A stretch of DNA of 32,862 nucleotides from an uncultured Flavobacteriaceae bacterium (lineage in GTDB: Bacteria > Bacteroidota > Bacteroidia > Flavobacteriales > Flavobacteriaceae), in assembly GCA_964655975.1 (NCBI GenBank), contig CAZZPG010000001.1:1-32862 (forward strand), read 5' to 3'. The position numbers and the translations under genes are program-made. Shown one piece after another: positions 29,089-32,862 of the stretch (positions are counted from its first letter, which is position 1; each line of letters opens with the position of its first letter). The notes beneath the pieces were generated by a model. That model was given only the letters and a program-made list of their open reading frames with translations, ran no database searches and had not been told where the DNA came from.

Positions 29089-29775
29089 ATGGAACAGCCT
29101 ATCTTACAATTAGAAAATGCAACTATTTTTCAAAGAGATAATAAAGTACTATCTAAGGTAAATCTTACAATAAAAAAGGGTGATTTCTTTTATTTAATTG
29201 GAAAAACAGGAAGTGGAAAAAGTAGCTTACTTAAAACCTTATATGGAGATTTAACCCTACAAAAAGGAAAAGGAGCCATTGTAGGTTTTGATTTAAGAAC
29301 ATTAAAAGAAAAAGAGATACCATTCTTACGAAGAAAAATAGGGATTGTTTTTCAAGATTTTAAACTCTTAAATGATAGAAATGTGTTTGATAATTTACTC
29401 TTTGTCTTAAAAGCCACAGGTTGGAAAGATAAAGAAAAGATGAAAGAAAAAATATATAAGGTGCTAGAAAAAGTAGGGATGAAGGAGAAATACTATAAAA
29501 AAACTTTTGAACTCTCTGGAGGAGAGCAACAACGTATAGCCATAGCAAGAGCATTACTAAATGACCCAGAACTAATTTTGGCAGACGAACCTACTGGGAA
29601 TTTAGACCCTAAAACCTCATTAGAAGTAATGGATTTGTTAAATGAAATACACCAAAGTGGCAAAAGTATTTTTATGGCAACTCATGATTATGCACTTATT
29701 GTAAAATTTAAGCAAAAAACCTTAAAATGTGAAGGAGGAGAGTTATTTGAAGTTGCACAGCAAGTAGTTATATAA
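29089..29775 (+). CDS. ftsE: Cell division ATP-binding protein FtsE-like ABC ATPase
   Basis: Walker A GKTGSGKS, IPFLRRKIGIVFQDFKLL, LSGGEQQR, LADEPTGNLD and MATHD. Confidence 0.9.
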   Translation: MEQPILQLENATIFQRDNKVLSKVNLTIKKGDFFYLIGKTGSGKSSLLKTLYGDLTLQKGKGAIVGFDLRTLKEKEIPFLRRKIGIVFQDFKLLNDRNVFDNLLFVLKATGWKDKEKMKEKIYKVLEKVGMKEKYYKKTFELSGGEQQRIAIARALLNDPELILADEPTGNLDPKTSLEVMDLLNEIHQSGKSIFMATHDYALIVKFKQKTLKCEGGELFEVAQQVVI

Positions 29776-30650
29776 TGCTTTCTGTTTTAATTACAACATA
29801 TAATTATTTTACCTTTCCGTTAATAAAAACCATTCATAAGCAATTACTTAAAATACAAATAGATTTTGAAATTATTTGTATTGATGATGGCTCAAAATCA
29901 TCAATAAATATAGAAAATAAACAAATAAGCACCTTGGTAAATGCACGTTTCAAAACATTACCTAAAAATATAGGAAGGAGTGCCTTAAGAAACTTATTAG
30001 TAAAAAAAGCTCAATATGATTGGCTACTTTTTTTAGATGGAGATGTAATGCCAACTTCTACCAATTTTATTTCTAAATATATTAATTGTATTAATAAAGA
30101 GAGCCTGTTATTTTGTGGAGGGATACAATATAATGATGAAGAAAATACTCAATTACTACGATGGAAAATTGGAAAAAAAAGTGAAGAAATCCCTTCTGTA
30201 GAAAGGCAAAAAGAACCATATAAATATTTTTTTACAAGTAATTTTTTATGCAAAAAAACTATTTTTAATAAGGTTCAATTTTCAGAAAAACTCACAAAAT
30301 ATGGATATGAAGACTTATTATTTTCTCTTGATTTAAAAAAATATACTTTAAAAATAGAACATATTAATAATCCTGCTTTTCATTTAGGAATTGATACCAA
30401 TGAGCAGTTTATAGAAAAAACAAAAAGTGCTTTAAAAAATTTAATTTATTTAATTAAAAGAAATCAAATAAAGAAAGAAGATACCAAAATTACATTTTTA
30501 TTTTTTAGACTTAAAAAAATAGGAATTACTACTTTGTTCTACCAATTTTTATCTTTTTTTGAAGAAAAAGCAGTAAAAAAATCATCCTCTTTTTATTTTC
30601 AATTATTTAGATTAGGGTATTTACATCAAGTTATTAAAAATCAAAAGTAG
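29775..30650 (+). CDS. GT2 family glycosyltransferase
   Basis: MLSVLITTYN, IDDGS, NIGRSALRN, LFLDGD (DxD) and YGYED. Start overlaps the ftsE stop (TAATG). Confidence 0.92.
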   Translation: MLSVLITTYNYFTFPLIKTIHKQLLKIQIDFEIICIDDGSKSSINIENKQISTLVNARFKTLPKNIGRSALRNLLVKKAQYDWLLFLDGDVMPTSTNFISKYINCINKESLLFCGGIQYNDEENTQLLRWKIGKKSEEIPSVERQKEPYKYFFTSNFLCKKTIFNKVQFSEKLTKYGYEDLLFSLDLKKYTLKIEHINNPAFHLGIDTNEQFIEKTKSALKNLIYLIKRNQIKKEDTKITFLFFRLKKIGITTLFYQFLSFFEEKAVKKSSSFYFQLFRLGYLHQVIKNQK

Positions 30651-31705
30651 TTTTTCTTTTTCAAGCTCCCAAATTAATTGATTTTTTGCCCTGTTTAGTT
30701 CTTTAGAATAATTTTTTTTTAACATTTCATTTATTTGTTTTGCTAAACTTTTTGGATTTCTATTTTTTACAATTTCACCAACATTGTATTTTATAACAAG
30801 TTGCTTCATTTCTGGTAAGTCTGAAACTAAAATTGGCACATTGGCTTGAATATAATCAAAGACCTTATTGGGTAATGCAAAATGGTAATTTAAACCTAAA
30901 TTTTCTTCTAAGCTAATACCTATATTTGCAAGAGGAGTTAATTTTTGTAATTCTTCTGGAAAAATTTTATCAATAAATTTTACTTTTTCTTGTAAATTTT
31001 TTTGTAGAACAATTTCTTTTAAATCATCTAAAACATCACCATCACCAATAATAATTAAAAGATGATTTTTTAAATACGTCATTGTTTCAATAATTAGCTC
31101 TAAACCCCTACCAATATTTATAACACCTTGATACAAGATTATTTTTTTGTTTTGGGTAAAAAAAGGAAACGAAGAGTGTAATATTCTCTTTTTTAAGGGT
31201 AAATTTCTTATTATTTTAAAGTTAGTTTTGTATTTTTTATTATAAAAATTGGCAATACTATCACATACAGTATAACAGTTTTTAAGTTTTGGAAGTATAC
31301 TGTTCTCTAATTTTAACCAAATACTTTTTACAAAAGGTTTGTTTGTTAATTCTGGTATTTCTGTAAATAACTCATGACTATCATACACTATTTTTTTTTT
31401 TGAATTATACTAACTAAAAAATTAGGAAGCAGAGTATCTAAATCATTAGCTAATAAAATTTCTTTTTTAGAAAAAAGGAGTAAAAAAAACAACCTAATAT
31501 TATATTCTGCATAAAATAAAAACCCTTTATTAAAAAACAAGTGTATTCGTTTTGTTTTATAATTTCTATAAAGAGGTAAGCTGTTTTTTAGCTTTCTACC
31601 TACTAGTAAAATATCATAATTTAATTCTTGTAGAGTTGCACAGATTTTTTCAATCCGTTGATCGGTTGCTAAATCATTAGAGACAGAAACTATTATTCTT
31701 TTCAA
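30621..31705 (-). pseudogene. GT4 family glycosyltransferase split by a frameshift in an A11 tract (31391..31401)
   Basis: N-terminal part KRIIVSVSND...ANDLDTL...IQKKK* and C-terminal part VYDSHE...YQG..RGLE...LPNKVFDYIQANVP join in frame if the tract is A12. Probable TTG start at 31705, with a TATCTTGC -7-like element at 31726..31733. Confidence 0.88.
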
Positions 31706-31808
31706 AAGATGATTGTTTTGATGTTGCAAGATAAAAAAATAAAAACTCACTTCTAAAAAAGAAGTAAAACTTATTACAAATAGCTTCTTAAAGTTTTATT
31801 ATGTTTTT

Positions 31809-32004
31809 ATCCGTTGTGCATTTAGAAAAAGTTGTGCAAACTACTAAAAAGCAGTAAATTGTAATTCTGAACAAACAATTTTATATGCATAATTTTACAG
31901 CAAATTACGACAAAATATTAGAGGTTTTAAATCAAATAGAGATAAAAGATAATTACCATCATCAAATACGTAAGTCTAAGTTAATCGCTATCAACTCTTT
32001 ATCA
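31809..32004 (+). mobile_element. IS982-family relic: left end plus transposase N-terminus, truncated
   Basis: End ATCCGTTGTGCATTTA matches the 21253 end at 15/16 positions. ATG at 31885 gives MHNFTANYDKILEVL...RKSKLIAIN, homologous to the N-terminal fragment of the 21253..21670 element. Confidence 0.82.
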
Positions 32005-32780
32005 ACCTGAGTTCGATTAATAAAAAGTCAATGATTAGACTTACAAATTTGGTATTTAATAGTAGGGTTTTTAGGTAAAAAGCTATATGCAATAAGTCCT
32101 GCAACTAAATTTGACAAAAAATTGGTAAAACTTCTGTGTCTAGAATGTTCAATTTGACAAATGTTTTTAAGTTCATCATTTACTGTTTCAATAATAGAAC
32201 GTTTACGTAGCAAAATTTTATCACTCATTGTCATCAAAGAGTTTTTCATATTGTTTTTAATATGAGTAATTAAATGCAATCCATCATCAAATAGAAGTTG
32301 CATTAAATCTTTGCCAACATAACTTTTATTTGCATATAATTTTCCATAGATTTTTTCTAAAAAACTTTTCTTTTTTAATAGTGTTCTGTCATTAACATTG
32401 GCTTGTGTAATGGTAAAGTTTAGGTTCTCTCCTTTATCGTTTATAATAAGGTGAAGTTTGAATCCGTGAAACCATCCCATGGTAGATTCTCCAGTAGTAG
32501 CAATACCTTTGAACACTTTGTTATTACGAATTCGTTTGGACTTACAAACTCTAATGGGTATAGAATCTACAAAAGAAATACCTGTAGTACCACCTAACAA
32601 CAGGTCTTTAAAAACAAACTCATTGCCATTAAATTTTGACCAACTAATTCCGTAAATCTATTGTATGATACTGTTGCAGGAAAATCATTTTTCATATGCT
32701 TTTGGACACAATAAATATAGAAATGTTTAAAAGGTTCTAAATCCACTTAATTGAAATACGATACTAAAGTGTGATTATTT
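32005..32780 (-). mobile_element. IS982-family transposase pseudogene (second subtype) with right end; 5' part missing
   Basis: GISFVDS, GWFHGFKLHLIIND, RKRSIIETVNDELKN, IEHSRHRS. Upstream frameshifted pieces SGFRTF / KHFY...VSYNRF. ANKSY appears where ADKGY is expected. End sequence ...AATCGAACTCAGGT at 32005. Confidence 0.92.
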
Positions 32781-32792
32781 AGCTTTTATTTA

Positions 32793-32861
32793 TTATTCAA
32801 ATTTTGTTATTGTATCGAGCTTCTGACTTTTATGATACCTAAGTTCTTCTTCAACTAAGTA
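32793..32861 (-). CDS. Possible 3' end of a gene entering from beyond the window
   Basis: Open frame YLVEEELRYHKSQKLDTITKFE*. Too short to identify. Confidence 0.3.
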   Translation of the reverse strand, partial: YLVEEELRYHKSQKLDTITKFE

Positions 32862-32862
32862 A

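Noticed and set aside
1110-29554. Short 61-90 aa ORFs nested in or antisense to long genes (1110, 1489, 6932, 7530, 13717, 15474, 16223, 16579, 18322, 19360, 20530, 23269, 25547, 28265, 29360)
   Set aside because: Shadow ORFs within well-supported genes, with no independent evidence.
31706-31750. ORF-track N-terminal extension MSFYFFILQHQNNHL of the GT4
   Set aside because: It spans a promoter-like TATCTTGC element, and the family-like sequence begins at the TTG at 31705.
21671-31808. The 10-kb trpA-GT4 block as an inversion or composite transposon between oppositely oriented IS982 relics
   Set aside because: The swapped target duplication expected from an inversion is absent (TATTATTA versus AAAAACAT). 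The gene tail at the right edge does not resemble the TrpB C-terminus, and the cargo is housekeeping-type. Unsupported, though not excluded.
1-32862. tRNA, rRNA, riboswitch or anti-phage defence genes
   Set aside because: I saw no GC-rich structured RNA segments or nuclease, NTPase or RT defence motifs. A covariance-model scan would be needed to exclude small RNAs.

Overview
AT-rich Bacteroidota sequence that looks like Flavobacteriaceae (inferred from gene content, TAnnTTTG promoter motifs and lipoboxes). Positions 1-21253 hold a polysaccharide utilisation locus (PUL) centred on alpha-GlcNAc. It contains the 3' part of susC, susD, an FG-GAP/VCBS + ASPIC/UnbV lipoprotein, a GH89 alpha-N-acetylglucosaminidase, two tandem paralogous ~600-aa lipoproteins I cannot assign to any family, a convergent GH2, an MFS sugar transporter and a NagB-LmbE fusion. 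A ~2.3-kb insert carrying a TlpA-like thioredoxin and gene remnants, with attC-like inverted arms, sits between two diverged copies of the second lipoprotein's 3' end. A 418-bp internally deleted IS982 element joins nagB to a lone trpA. Housekeeping-type genes follow: M28 peptidase, outer-membrane barrel, TPR protein, ftsE, GT2 and a GT4 split at an A11 tract. The window ends in two abutting IS982 relics. The best candidate for an undescribed system is the pair of orphan lipoproteins in the GH89/GH2 PUL. All family calls come from reading motifs by eye; no searches were run.
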